From Paraglomus brasilianum (lineage: Eukaryota), in contig CAJVPI010000106.1 of assembly GCA_910592345.1 (NCBI GenBank), positions 1 through 53,530 on the forward strand: a stretch of 53,530 nt of DNA, given 5' to 3'. This document shows, in pieces, positions 26,582 through 39,828 of the stretch (the first letter of the stretch is position 1; the number at the start of each line of letters is the position of its first letter). The notes under the pieces were generated by a model that searched no databases, had not been told where the DNA came from, and saw only the letters and a list, made by a program, of their open reading frames with translations. Both the position numbers and the translations under genes were made by a program.

Positions 26582-29500
26582 ATGTGCACAGCAGTTTGTC
26601 AACGTTGGATAAAGCATGCTACCATTATAAACAACTGCTATCCTACAAATCCAGAAGAAAAATCTCCAAAATCTAGTGAACTGTCGCGTTTGGTATGGTA
26701 TGCCAAATCCCGACCCGCAAAGCTGACTAAATGTGGGGTATACCTGGAAAAGAGAATCAGTGGCGACGTGGCGAAGAGAAGGAAACAGTACGTGTGAGAA
26801 AATCCAACGAGGGTAGAGTGAATGTGATTAGAGTCTACTAAAGATAATGGGTGTTAGAGCAATTACTAATAGTCAGATTCGACAAAACTGAAAGAAATTA
26901 ACAATCTAACAATGTTGACAGGTCCGAATAGCGGCTAACCAGTCGACCAAATAACATTGTGCACAACTAATATTCTGATATACTATATAATAACGATCCT
27001 CACTAATATTCTATGGCCCTCTGTTTCACTCGTAGAGATCTAGGAATCTCCTTGGAAATCATAAAGACACTCATAAGAGAATGTAATGAAGGTCTCAATA
27101 TGTTCTCCAAAAATGTAATCAAAATCATTATCGCTACTTTGAATACTGAAGATATTGATCTGGCCGGCCATGCTGCATCTGCTGTACGTTATCCAAATAA
27201 TTATTCTGCATTATCCTCTTGCAAGTATTCAATGCTTATGGTTACATCAATTTATATTATTCGAATAGTTCATCATATTCTGCGCACATCACGATGGCTC
27301 TACACTCGGTGTTGACAATGAGTTTACCCAAAACTATGAAGAGTTGATCAAGCAGTTCGCAATGTACGCCGCACGTCAAAGCAATGATAAAGATATTGAG
27401 ATGAGGTCGGTAATAATAAACTATGTGACAACTAAAATCTTCTTGGTTGTTGGATTGCTAATTTCTTGTCTAATCCGTTTCATTCATTGTATTGGTTAGA
27501 TATCGTTCGATCGGTTTACATGCTTTACAAGCGGTGACAACATCATCAGCAAGTTATTCAAAGACTCAACTTGAATCGATTGTCCCTGCCATATTATACA
27601 ACCTTACTGATTCGAGTATCGGCCTTGAAGCGTTACAAAAACAGTCAGTATTTGTGTTGACGTGACAATATCTATGGACGTTGACACTTTCAACCTGTTC
27701 ATAACCAACATTATTATTCTCACATTTACTAGTGATTCACTCGATGAAGAGGCTGTGCCAAACCAAAGGTTATCTATAACAATAGAGGCAATATCAGCAG
27801 AGGCTAACGCACGACTCGCATACCATTGCCTGAAGCAATTATTCAATCCATCAAAGCTCACACACGTCGAATGGTCAGTACAACCAGTATTTGTCTTTTT
27901 GGATAAAAACGAAATGTGGTGGCCAAAGTCATTTGGAATTACCCTTGTTCTGTGTATATTGTCTATGCTACCTGTAAGTGCCGATAAATAATTACACTAT
28001 ATAATTTTTAATTCACCTATGACATGATTTCCATTAATATGTTTTTCTTTATCAATAGCCTCAAGATCGATACACTCTCGTATCAGTTATAAAAGGACAA
28101 CTAGAATATACGCCCGAATTTACACCTCAAAAAGCAACTTTGGTACAGATGCTTTCATCCATTCTTACCAGCCCATTAACTCTCGCGGGATTACCCATTT
28201 TAGAGGTGTTGGATTGTTTACTACATTTGGTATTAAAATTGAGGAAAGTGGAGAATTTCATGGATGAGAAAGCCTCTCTTAAAGAAGAGATCAAGCAAGA
28301 GAACATGGGTAATATGGAAGAAGTCGAGAATGAAAGAGAGGATCAATTAGAAAAGATTACTTTACAAGAGTTGTATAAGTCTATCGGTAAGCAATGTTGT
28401 CGTTGTATAAAGATATCTATTTGAAACTATAGTATATTTACGCTTTCCTTTCCTCATTAGGCGGCTTAGCGACCCACATATACTACAACAACCAGATAAC
28501 GGACATTATACATCACATAGTCAAATATCTACGCTTGGAACAGTCGACGCTTCCATCTTCGGACATCGATAATTCAATCACTGAAGGCACGCCTACACCT
28601 GAACAGCGTAAAACACTCCTTAGGTGCCTTAGTCTAGTTGTTCAAAAAAATCAACTCGAATCACCGCCTGTCGAAGTACCGGTTGAAGTATTTCAAGATA
28701 GTCTACAGCTGTGTCTTGACACTGACGTTAGGGTAAGAAGGGCTTACGCGAGCGTATTGGTCACGTTCCTTAATGGCGAAATATCAAAAAACTTGAGGGA
28801 TAGCGCCCAAGAATGTTTAAAGCATCTTAGTAAAGATACAATACAATTTTTGAATATGATACACGTATCCTTGTATCAATATGCTTTAATGGATAACGCG
28901 GAGGCTTCGGACTACATTGCACTATTGGACATTTTAAAAGCATTGTTGGTTCGGTTTAGAGGCGAGCAGCTTGTTAGAGCTGTGCCTTTCTTGTTCAAGT
29001 TACAGGTAAGCGACGTATTATATATTATATACATATACTTATGTTCTACGTGTGTTCTTTGCTCACTCGATTCATCTTATTAGGCGGATGCTACAGAATT
29101 AAAAGTTGATGATGTTCGGCAGCGAGCACTTGCAAGTGGCATATTGCGATACTTCCAAGAAGTTGCAATAATGTTTGATTTGCCTGATCTACAGACGTAC
29201 CTCGAAAAGGTGAGACAATATTAAGCTATATCGCGTATTCAGCTTATAGTGGTCTAATTCTGTTTGATTCTCAACATGGCGAATTAACTTTTTTTAATAC
29301 CAAATTTCCTCACAGATTCAAGATGAACGCCTCTCCAAAAATCAATGGTCTCTTGACATAAATCCGCGCACACTGACCACTCCCACAATCGACGAATCCG
29401 CCCTTACCCCGGTTGACCTCTGGCTCGATCGCTCAGCTATAGTGTCCCAACTTGTTAATCTTAAAGACCTCAACGAGATTGTTGGCTCGAATCTATCTGA

Positions 29501-29971
29501 GAAATTGATGACTGAATGGACGCCCGAAGGAGGATTCGAGAACATTAAACGCGAAGTCTTCAGAATACAGGTGGCAGATCCTCAAAAATTAACATCGATA
29601 ATGGTGATGGACAATGGCTCGGGTGAGTTGCAGAAGATAGACAAAAAGGTGACGGATTTTCAGTATGCGTTGGATATAGGCCAGACGAACGATTCAAGTG
29701 AACACGGGACATCCGTTACATCCGATATGGAGAGTGTGACCACCGTTCAGCTGTCCTCAGGGTTAGGAGGGACGAAGAGAAAAATAAAGGAAAAGTTGCG
29801 AAATGAAGTTGCAGCTTTTTTAAATACGATTGATCGTGCAAGGTATGAGTTGTAGGTTTGTTATGTATGTTACGGATTAGCTCATGTATGTTAACCGGCC
29901 ATATTTTGCCATGCCCTCTTTTTGTCAGTACAAGGCAAAAGATAATAGATCCACCATATCCGACAAAGTAG
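26582..29971 (+). CDS. EFR3: EFR3 plasma-membrane PI4-kinase scaffold (about 10 exons)
   Basis: N-terminus KHATIINNCYP...PKSSELSRLVWYAKSRPAKLTKCGVYLEKR, internal GGLATHIYYNNQITDI, last exon ...IDPPYPTK* (29929-29971); GT-AG introns. Confidence 0.9.
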
Positions 29972-30455
29972 AAAGTAATGCTTCACGCAAAGCCGATTTA
30001 TTATTCGAATACTCTCTTTTATTTTCATTCGTTAGTTGTTATATCGTTGTATCCACAGTCATTCTTTGAAACTATTATTTGTACAGGATGAAACGATTGG
30101 TTACAGCTACCGAATACTTGTGTTTTACTGCAAAGGACAATGTTTATATTTTGGCTTCTTGATGCGCATCGGTATAGAACGTTCATAAATTACATAGAGG
30201 ATTTAGAGATTGAAGAAGAAAAGAAAATACAAGCAAAAAAAACAACTATAATATAGTTCAATATTTCGTGCAATCATCCCTTGTCATTTATCATTATCTC
30301 GTCTACCAAAAGCATTGGCAAACTTGAATTTTTTAGAGGGATTTATCTAATAAAAAAGAATAATAAAATTAATAAGAAACATCATCGGGGGTCGTTTAAT
30401 AGAATTAATTAATAATATTAACGAAGCGAATGTACAGTATAATGAAAGAACGCAA

Positions 30456-31102
30456 TTATGTTTTCCGGTTACTAGCCGTCGACAAGCACTAAGAATCAGA
30501 ATATATCATGTTAATAGCTAAGCGACTAATTTAATCGTCACTTAATGCCACCAAATTACAATACTCTACTTGATTGACTACTTCCAGCAGGTGACGATTC
30601 TCCAATGCAGCAGCGACCCTCTCCTTATCATTCAATTGTTTATTAACAGCCTGCTCTGACTGATGAGTTCCCTTTCTCACATTAATATCGACCTTGAATC
30701 TCTCGGGCAGACTTCTCAACAGTCGTACTCTGATACATAATCCGATTAGAGTAGCCATCGAGCAATGTGGAATTGTAGGTGTGAATTCGACTGCTATGTG
30801 GTTATTCTTGTCGTCCACTGCTACGTGCTCTAGTCGTGTAACATTTAATTGTTCGAGTGTTAAAGGATGCTCTGGATCCGATATTGCACGAATTAGATCT
30901 GAAAGTAATGAAAAGAACGAGGTTGAGAAGAAAACGTTCTCTTGTAATACCAGTCTGTAGAAGCAACATACAAATTACCGAAAACTTCTTGCGAATCAAT
31001 GACATCGTCGACATCTTCGTTGTCATCCTCAGCACGAGTGACACGATAGGACTGTTTTGAAGGGATATAGACAGTCGGGTTGGCGTTAATAAGCTCAGGC
31101 AT
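30456..31102 (-). CDS. CIA2: Cytosolic Fe-S assembly component CIA2/FAM96B (MIP18), 3 exons
   Basis: [12 protein letters not shown]...[27 protein letters not shown]...[35 protein letters not shown]...[24 protein letters not shown]...[13 protein letters not shown]. Confidence 0.95.
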
Positions 31103-32359
31103 GTTCGCTATAGAGAGTTTTGTGATTATCTTCGTATTGGGGTACAAATATATAGTCACCTGACGTCATCCTGTTTCCTAATTTCCTCATTGTTTAAATC
31201 GTCTGTTCGAGTTTGTTATATTTTATTATTTATTTAGCAATATTCGTTGAAAAATTAGACGGAGAGCTTAGTATTAGCTTGAAATGGTGGAGAGATTTTA
31301 GTCTAAATATTTTATGAATTCATCTCTAACAAAATGGATGAATTAAACACATACAGTATCTCACAATAGATTATAGTTTCTGTTAATATTAATATTAATA
31401 ACAACGCTCGTAAATTAGCGAATTATGTATGGATTTGTGAATATGATAGAAGTTGATGCCACATATCAGCAAAATTGCTTGAGTAACAGCAAAAGAGAAG
31501 GTATGTGCAGAAAATGTTTACGAAAAACAGATCAAGAGCTTTCTCCTAGCCCAAGTGAATATATGAAGAGTCCCCTTTGCTTTACAGTAATCGATACCAG
31601 CTCCATCAGAGTACAATGTAATCACGATCTTTTTGTAGAATTAGGAGTGGCGACATTCAGTGAGGTTCGCTCACAGATATAACCGTTCCTCTTTCGGGAG
31701 AGAATTCATCAATTTATGATCATATCTTCACGGTATGGCTCAAACAAGCGGCGCGTGAATATGATATGAGGGGACTTTCTATGGGACATTATCATCTCAT
31801 TTGGCCGTCAATAGATGTAGACTGGTTTAAATTTGTATAAGCAAGTCATTGGGGGTTTAGCTCGCCTGAACTACGTCACATTTAATATACAGATGTTTAA
31901 CTGCCAACTTCAACTCCAGATCAACTGTAGCTAAAGTTTTGACGAGCATGACTTTTTTTAAATGTGTGATAGTTTATCACTAATCATTTACGTTTACATC
32001 CTCACTTGTAGAGCTGAGGCCGATTAGTGGGATCATTTTGTAAACCTCTTTTAAGTTCCCAATCTTATATTTTGCCTCTGCTCACTATAAATGTAGAGTT
32101 GCAATTAATGTGAACGTCTATTTAACTATACGATCTGACGAATTGTACTTGGAGAGTTCTGTTTTTACGTTAATTTATTAATCCGAGGATTGATTGATAT
32201 ATCAACTATAATATGTATTAGCGATGACGAGGAGAATTACGTGTAACAATCACAAACGATTCGATTTAACAATTAGTTTATAGAAGGTGTACGCACTTAG
32301 CATTAGTGATAAATTATTTAATCCTATTCGAATATTGGAACAGTCAACAATCTTCCAGT

Positions 32360-34296
32360 TTATATAACAGTGTCTTCAGGATCGTAATTCTCGTTAATCA
32401 ACCGATATAGATACGATGGTGGATGGCCACCTCTACAAAACACCGAAATAATGACCGTAAGTTAGCAGTGAAACATCCATCACAATGCATACCGGCTCGG
32501 CACTCAATTTCTTCATCACTTACGTGTTTGTAATATATAAGTCTACTAGTTCAGGTGACACATAGTCATAATATGGATTCAAGATTGTAGCTTTATCAAC
32601 AAGATCGCCTACAAAGTGCAGAATAGATTAATTCTATCAAAAAGTTTATCCCAACGCCAGTCCGTTTCACCGACTTTTAACCAATCCTTCGTCACTATCA
32701 CACATTCCTCACCACTTACCTTCATCGAAACTCAGTACGTTTTCTGGAGACTCCAAATCATTAAATGAATCTTCATCATATAAGAATAGTGGGGACAGTT
32801 TGTAGAGACCCATGCAAACTACAACCGGTGTTGAGTGATGCTTAGCTGCTGCTGCCATGAGTCGCGTGCCACTTATTGCTATGAGTCCTCCATTAGCAAG
32901 CACTGTCAATTAAGAGAACCAATTGGTGGCATGCTTTAACTAACCGAACGATATATATAATTTACATTTTTGCTTCTGACTAACCAGCATGAGTTCCCAG
33001 AATGACTTTATTGACTCTCGACATGACTGCAAATATAGCAGAGTCTGATATTACAGTCGTGTCTATTCCCACTTGACATAACGATAAAGCAAGATCATGA
33101 CCCAGATATCTATCAATTATAATAATATAAGAAAAAGGTGTCGGAACCTAAAAAAAAAAACAAGTTATGGGGCACAATAATCCTAACCTGGGAGACGTTT
33201 CAGCGACAACTACAGAAAACTTGCGCTTTTTTGCTGCTGCTTTGAGGAATCCTTCCACAGTTTTTGAAGATCCAAGTGTCATTATTATCTCACTGTTTGT
33301 CAATGGTAATTCGAACAGAGATGAGAAAACGCATTTTTATACCAAAACCAAATCGATATACTCACTTTGTATGAATATGTTCCATAGCCTGGTCCCATAT
33401 ATTAACATACATATTCTCAAGCTCGTTAATCATTTCGTTTATCTCTTGTATGATATTTGGCTTCAAATGTATAGTTTGCAAGTTATGGAATAAACATTGT
33501 CACTATTTAGTTATTGTTGGCTATCAGTAAAAGCTAATTGACATTATAGTTGATTACATTCAAAAAAAAAAGGATATTTTGCATTCGCTCACGAACAGGC
33601 TGTCTCAATCCATTGTCGCCTAGTAAGTTTATCATCGATGAAGAAGAAGTATAGAATCCGGCAGACCTTGCACTTGAATCTTTAGCAGAATAGTCCAGTA
33701 AACTTGTACTTTGCTTGAAGACAGAATGAGACTGTGACGTGAAAAGATTTTTGCTACGAGTTTTATCATCTCTGTCATCATCATCATCATCTTCTTCTTT
33801 TTCTTCTTCTTCTTCTTCATGATCAGGATTCCCTAACTCTTCCGCGTGCTCCATAAATGATGCTTCTGTTGCTTCATCATTACTAGCATCTCGAATTACT
33901 CGTAGCACATGCCGCACTATATTTCCCACCGCCAGTTCTATTATTTAAAATAGGATCGCTTCAATTATTTCACAATGTAAGAGTTGTGACCTGATAACCA
34001 TTCTCTAGCCTTACCGCTCGGCTGAGCCTGCACCAACTTCCTGCCAACATTTTTTACTAATTTGATTAATGTGTCTACATCAGTCCATCGAGTAGTCGAG
34101 ATAACGGAGCGTAGGAGAAAGGCTGTTGCGAGTGATACTGAGAAGGAACCAGTTACCTGGCTAAAAATAAAAGCAGTATGTTAAGAATGATATAGTAAAC
34201 CGTTATGATAATTGTAAATTCCTTATCTAATTACCGTCTTCTTAGTCGCCCTACAAGGGATTCCGTTTGTGCTTTCAAGTCGCGTGAATTTGTCAT
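32360..34296 (-). CDS. GCD7: Translation initiation factor eIF2B beta subunit
   Basis: [16 protein letters not shown]...[16 protein letters not shown]...[22 protein letters not shown]...[27 protein letters not shown]...[12 protein letters not shown]...YKLSP...[30 protein letters not shown]. Includes one AT-AC intron. Confidence 0.95.
33469..33577 (-). other. U12-type (minor spliceosome) AT-AC intron in GCD7
   Basis: 5' splice site ATATCCTTTT, branch point TTCCATAAC about 13 nt before the terminal ...CTATAC. Removal restores the frame [17 protein letters not shown], while the nearest AG acceptor opens on an in-frame TGA. Confidence 0.9.
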
Positions 34297-35234
34297 TATA
34301 TTGCACTGCTCACTTTTTGTGGGATTGAATTTTATATAAATTCTTTCGGCCGATCATCACCATCAAAATTTCGCTGGTCGCGTGACTGTTATTGTGACAC
34401 AATTATCTACAAGTCAACTTACGTTTGTGCAGAAATTAATAAAACAAAGAGATCGTCTTTGCTATCAATGTATGAAATTTGCAGCAAATCTTCTTGCCAT
34501 TGATGTACTAACAACGGTTACTATTGCGATTAGTCTTACAATCCCAAATTTTCACGTCTAGTGGTGCTCTCATCACACTACTCCCCTATCAGATTTGGCA
34601 ATCGAGGTTGCTAAAATTAGCAATCAGGTAAAGGGTCGGTCCCATAAATGGTAATTATCAGTAATCGTGCATCAATCTTCTAATATGACATGTATGATTT
34701 ACCACTTTATTTGGCAAGAAATTACGAGTCCGGAACGAGCACTTTGTCTCGGGGCCCTTAGCTTTCAATTTACTACCAGAATAAAAAGTAACAGAAGCAC
34801 TGCAACAGCATTAAAATTTTATTCATTTTTAGGAAATTCTAAAACTAACTGTAAGGCGTCTCGCTCTCCTGAGAGTTGTTGCAAAATACTTTCTCCCTTA
34901 GTGTTAGGGATTACCGTTGAAAAAATTTCTTTGTAATAAATATCATCGCTAGTGCTAATTATAATGGTTGTGCGGTCGATTTTGTCAATCAAAACGTTAT
35001 GAAGATAGTTGTAAACTTCGTCCATATAGTAATTGTAATAGGGAAATGCAAAATTTACAATTATTGCAAAGTTTTTCGTTGGTCATAATATAGTTGTGTC
35101 ACAATAACAGTCACGCGACCTGCGAACAGTTTCACAGTCATCTAACTTGCTGCGTCGTTGTCGTCCGTTGTGCACACAAACTAACTTGCTGCGTTGTCTT
35201 GTTTTCATCAAACTACTACTCCGCAAATATAACA

Positions 35235-35846
35235 ATGTCCCTAAAAGATCTGAAAATCAAAACAAACATTGTCAAACGGTAGAGTAAAGTCGTTTATATT
35301 CACTATGAAGGGCTGATAGCATTAGTCTAACGTTGGTATGAATAAACAAATGCCTGCTGTTACCGGTGAGTGTTTAGTATCCATTCCGAATCGAAATCGT
35401 ATGCGACCGAGCTGGAATATCAGCAAAAACGAATTGACAAATTTATTGAAGAGAATAGGGACGAATATGACATTAAAAAACAAGTATGTAAATCAACACT
35501 GTTACTCGCTCAATGTTAAGCTCATTCTGTAACCCTTCTGTAATCATTCTATTGACTATTCCAGAAGGAAGTATTAGAGGAAACACTAAAGATGATCCCT
35601 GACTGTAAGAACAGGTTGCAAAAAGCATACCAAGAGTTACAAAATCTTGTGGTGAGTTGTGTTTAAAACATATTGATAGCTAAGATTGTTCAAATCACCA
35701 CCACTGTAGAGCACATGTGAACCAGTCTTCTAATCCTGCTTACGATCTTTGGTGTTGTTTATTTTCAGAATATAAACAATCCATCATGGGAGGGTACTGA
35801 TGAATTAGCAAAAGCAAAGGAGACACTGGAGACTGTCAAATTTTAG
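35235..35846 (+). CDS. RBL2: Tubulin-specific chaperone A (4 exons)
   Basis: MSLKDLKIKTNIVKR|IHSESKSYATELEYQQKRIDK...DEYDIKKQ|KEVLEETLKMIPDCKNRLQKAYQELQNLV|NINNPSWEGTDELAKAKETLETVKF*. Confidence 0.92.
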
Positions 35847-36067
35847 AAATATGGATTATAAGTGTTATTTAAATAAACTTATGTGACAATAGAGTCTCCA
35901 AATAAAAATTGTTCAATCAATTGTATTATTTGTACTCAATATTTATTGGTTTCTTTGATGTAAACATTACTTTCTATTGATAAGAGTAGAGGCATTCGCT
36001 GAGTTTAATTAGTAACCGAGACGTACGAGTCGTGAGTATGGAAAACCCAATTAAAGGCTATAAGTTT

Positions 36068-36110
36068 AGCAGAGCAGAGTAGGGGAGCAGAGTAGGGGAG
36101 CAGAGTAGGG
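36068..36110. repeat. Short tandem repeat (AGCAGAGTAGGGG) x~3
   Basis: Direct inspection. Confidence 0.7.
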
Positions 36111-38088
36111 TATTGCCGGCCTCGTTTGGAGAAGTTAATTCTCAAGGTTAATTGCCAATCGCTCGCCGTGGTAATAGTAATTAATTCGACAAATGTCATA
36201 GTCATCTAATGCCATTATAATCTTAAATCTCCTTGAGAGTGGTTAATAGTGTCCCATATCAAATACTTGAAAACAAATTAACTATAGAATCAAAATAAGT
36301 GTTAATAGTATTAGTATGCTTGATTTAACTGATAGTGTTGTCAGGCTTTCTTTACAAAGATAAAACCATTGATATTATAGCAACCCAAGAAGTCCCGTGA
36401 TTATTCCCGTGGCAATTACGATAATTAATTGTTTACTCTACACGCGTTTGTTATAGTCAGAAATACACTTATACCCTAATCGACATTGATCCCAACGGTA
36501 GAGAACCAAGGCATACTCGAGGACAAATTAATTATGTCTATGCATCACACCAAGTCGCCACACTCCGCTCGAAATTAGCCAAACGAGTCAATAGTCAACT
36601 GCTCTCCGTGATTGTCGACTCGACACAGTGCTCTTTGTTATTTTGGGCAGTACGAGTTGGAGCGTTTGGAGTCAGCAGTCCAGTGCATATCCATAACACA
36701 TTGATATTTTCAACACAATTGCCCTGCCCTGGATTACAACCATCACTGCTGTAAGACGTTTAAATGGTTGTCATGTAAGATAAATGGTTAAGACGTGTGT
36801 ACTTAATTAGGTGACCTTGAGATTGGTGCCTCAACTCCGAAAAGCCTTCCTTTGCCCGAATACTATGATTTTCTGTTGACATTGTTTGAGCTATCACAAT
36901 GTTACGTGTAATATATTAGAACTAGTATAAACAAACAATGCAAATGATATTGTTAACATGATTACTCACTCACGCTGCCTACCTGGAGGTTTTGCTCAGC
37001 ATAACCCTCTCTTTCTGTTACGTCCAGTTCATAAAACTATGCGCTCACTCATTCCATGTTATAGCTTAGACTAACCATTTTGGCATGCTTTGACGGAGGA
37101 AAATTATATACGGCATACAACAATATTATGACTCATGTCACGTAAACAAGAGGAATATGATTGTATTAAGTTTATTGTTCGAACCCAAGGGTGATCTTTT
37201 TAGCGCTGACTATTATTAACAATACGGCCTCTTATAAATACCATTCGATCAACCCATCAGATAATTAATCAAATCGAACAGCCCCACAAGCATATAAGTT
37301 GATATGAAAAGCGGTGAATATAGGGTAGAACAATGTTGTTGATGGGTTATTATGCACAAGATCAACGAGTTGAGAGTTTCACAATATAATGTATCGAGTC
37401 AATCCAGCTCGGGATAAGCACATTTACTGTATATACTATTGTTGCTGTAGTAGTAGAAAAAAGGTGCCTATTTCAAATTGGTAAAACAATAAACCATATT
37501 ATAATGATTGCCGATAATATTTCATTCAATAGTACGAAATGATCTACTCTAAAGCAACGATTTTGCGTTATCTCAATCGCCGAGTCAACTTCTGCGATAA
37601 TTTAATTTGCATCCGTTCGATTCCTTTGCATGGAAACAATAATTGCTATTATCGGGCTTTAGAGGCGTATCTAAGCTAAAGTATGGATCACTATGTTTAT
37701 ATTTCCAATCGCAAGTAGCTTAAAATTGGAGAACCGTTGATTAATCAATTTATTAATAACATTTGTTTAAGGAAAGAAAAACTACATTTAGTTTTCACAT
37801 CAATTGTAATTATATATACAAGAATCAAAAAGACCTCATGTCGATAAGATAAATTAGAGATAGACAGAGAGTATTCATATTGTGGATAGTCTCAAATGAG
37901 AGTAGTAAAATTAAAAAGTCCAGTCGTCTTTATACGACTATTAAGATTGTTCAGCGAATTTTTGCTTTTGATATTATAAATTTGGTTTCAATTAACAAAG
38001 TTCGATTATTAATCGTTACTGGCGCGCAACCAATATGCTCGAGATGCTTCTCCATCGATTTTCCGTCTGATAGCCAGAGGGCTCCATT

Positions 38089-38223
38089 TCACATGATCGT
38101 GCAGTTACTACCAGCCGGACCGTCGTTAGGATTAGATCCGTGCTTCTTGTAATTTGCCAGCAAATCGGCGACAGTATCGAGGATGGTGGTAGGTGAAGCG
38201 GTAGAGTTTGTTGTGGATTTCAT
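38089..38223 (-). CDS. Putative CaaX lipopeptide pheromone precursor 1 (44 aa: MKSTTNSTASPTTILDTVADLLANYKKHGSNPNDGPAGSNCTIM*)
   Basis: Small ORF ending in CTIM-stop, with dibasic KK before the conserved tail. Paralogous to 39829-39954 with mostly synonymous differences. TATAAATACA about 115 nt upstream. Confidence 0.85.
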   Translation of the reverse strand: MKSTTNSTASPTTILDTVADLLANYKKHGSNPNDGPAGSNCTIM

Positions 38224-39828
38224 TGTGATATATTATATATTATAGCAGGTAGAAGTCTTTTTGATTTTGTAATTCTTCGCTGAAGAATCTTGGTTTGAAT
38301 AATGAAAGACGGAAAGGTGGAAGTCGAAGTGTATTTATAGTGTCGATGCGACTAGGGCGTATACTAAATGGTCCATTGTCTTTATCATAGATATATGCAT
38401 TGCATTGTCAGAGTTGTCATTACGGCTAATGCATATGCTATTGTTCTCGATAGTAAGTGTGACACGAATGCAAATTTAGAACAATGTTAAGCGTATCGGC
38501 ACAAGAACAATAGGAAGCAAATGTCATGAGTTCGATACGAAACCATTATACGATTACAATTACATATCATAAATCGAAACCTGTTTGATAATCGATAGCA
38601 TTGTCCTATGGAAACTAGTATTGTTCCAACAATATTTTCGCAAAAAGGGATTGCATGCGGATGCAAGTCTACAAACGCAGTTTTGTGACAAAAACAACAT
38701 TTGCCTTCTTAATTTAGTTTCTAATATAAACTGATTGGATCCAATGTGTTGCGGTTCTTCGTCTGCTTCATATATTTCAGGGTGAACATGCTTCAGAAAA
38801 AGAGTGGAAATACGCCTTAAACTGCCCATTTTATCCACCACCGAATAAGGCAAAGAAAGTGATTTGCCGTAATACCGATACCCACTGTTACACATGAACA
38901 AATCCGGCCTGATTTAATGTTTGACAATTTTTAATTTGTTTGTTAACCATATTTATCATCTTAAAGATGACAGGCCGTGTAACATAGGTATTGACCGCAT
39001 ATTGTTTCAACCACACAATGGAGCATTCTTCTTCATAGGAGACGTTTCGACCGATTGTCGTCAAATGAAGCTGACAGTAATAGTGTCAAGTTTCCCGCAG
39101 GTTTCTTCATACGCCACCCCCGGACGATTTAGATGACTAATACAATTAAGTTGACGCCATTATCTTGCACACTGATCATATGAAAAATATGTGTACAAAT
39201 AAAATGCCATATGCCGTTTGACGACCATGACAATTTATGATTGTTGAGATAAAACAATTGACAGTTAAACATTAACCATTTGACGTCCACTTTAATGGTG
39301 GTAACCAAGGAAATTGAAAGTCTGGGCTATGAAATTCATAATGGTGGAGGTTCAATTCATAATAGTGGAGATTCAATTAATAATGGTGGAGATTCAATTC
39401 ATAATAGTGGAGATTCAATTCATAATGGGGAGATTCAATTCATAATAGTGGAGATTCAATTCATAATGGGGAGATTCAATTCATAATTTATTAATAAAGT
39501 TAATATATCAATCTCTGCTTCTCAAATTTATCAATAGCGAAATTGAGTACCGTCGGGCTGAATGCTAACAATTGTTTTATTGTAGTTGCGCTGCGGGCTG
39601 CTGAATAAACAACAATATTCATGGATCGCTATAATATACAAATATTGTAATGTATACAATTACAATGCATACTATTAGGCATAATAATAAGCGTTGCGTT
39701 CGATTTTCTATTCAATTCTTGTTAATTATAAATACAGTACGTACGCTACCGTATTTTAACAATACTTTTGCATTTGAGCGAAAATTTGATCTTTATCCAA
39801 CTAGTACGCATTCATCTACTTGATTAAA
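38224..39828. promoter_or_regulatory. Divergent promoter region with two TATAAATACA boxes and many ACAAT/ATTGT HMG-box-type sites
   Basis: TATA boxes at 38330-38339 (-) and 39727-39736 (+). About 25 ACAAT/ATTGT pentamers counted by eye, clustered near 38370-38635 and 39565-39765. Confidence 0.6.
39333..39487. repeat. Minisatellite, ~7.5 copies of a 20-21-bp unit AATTCATAAT(A/G)GTGGAGATTC
   Basis: Direct tandem units with no unique spacers. Confidence 0.9.

Noticed and set aside
31425..32200. Possible ncRNA or small gene between CIA2 and GCD7
   Set aside because: No recognisable RNA family motif or protein similarity.
37233..37342. TATAAATAC followed by MKSGEYRVEQCC* as a possible third peptide gene
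   Set aside because: Only 12 codons, no CaaX spacing and no homology to the pair.
37880..38152. 90-aa plus-strand ORF ending DPCFL
   Set aside because: Antisense shadow of peptide gene 1; the conservation pattern supports the minus-strand frame.
39333..39487. CRISPR-like array or coding GDSIHN repeat (ORF 39280-39486)
   Set aside because: Contiguous tandem units without unique spacers, eukaryotic context, and 20-bp units shift the reading frame; it is a minisatellite.
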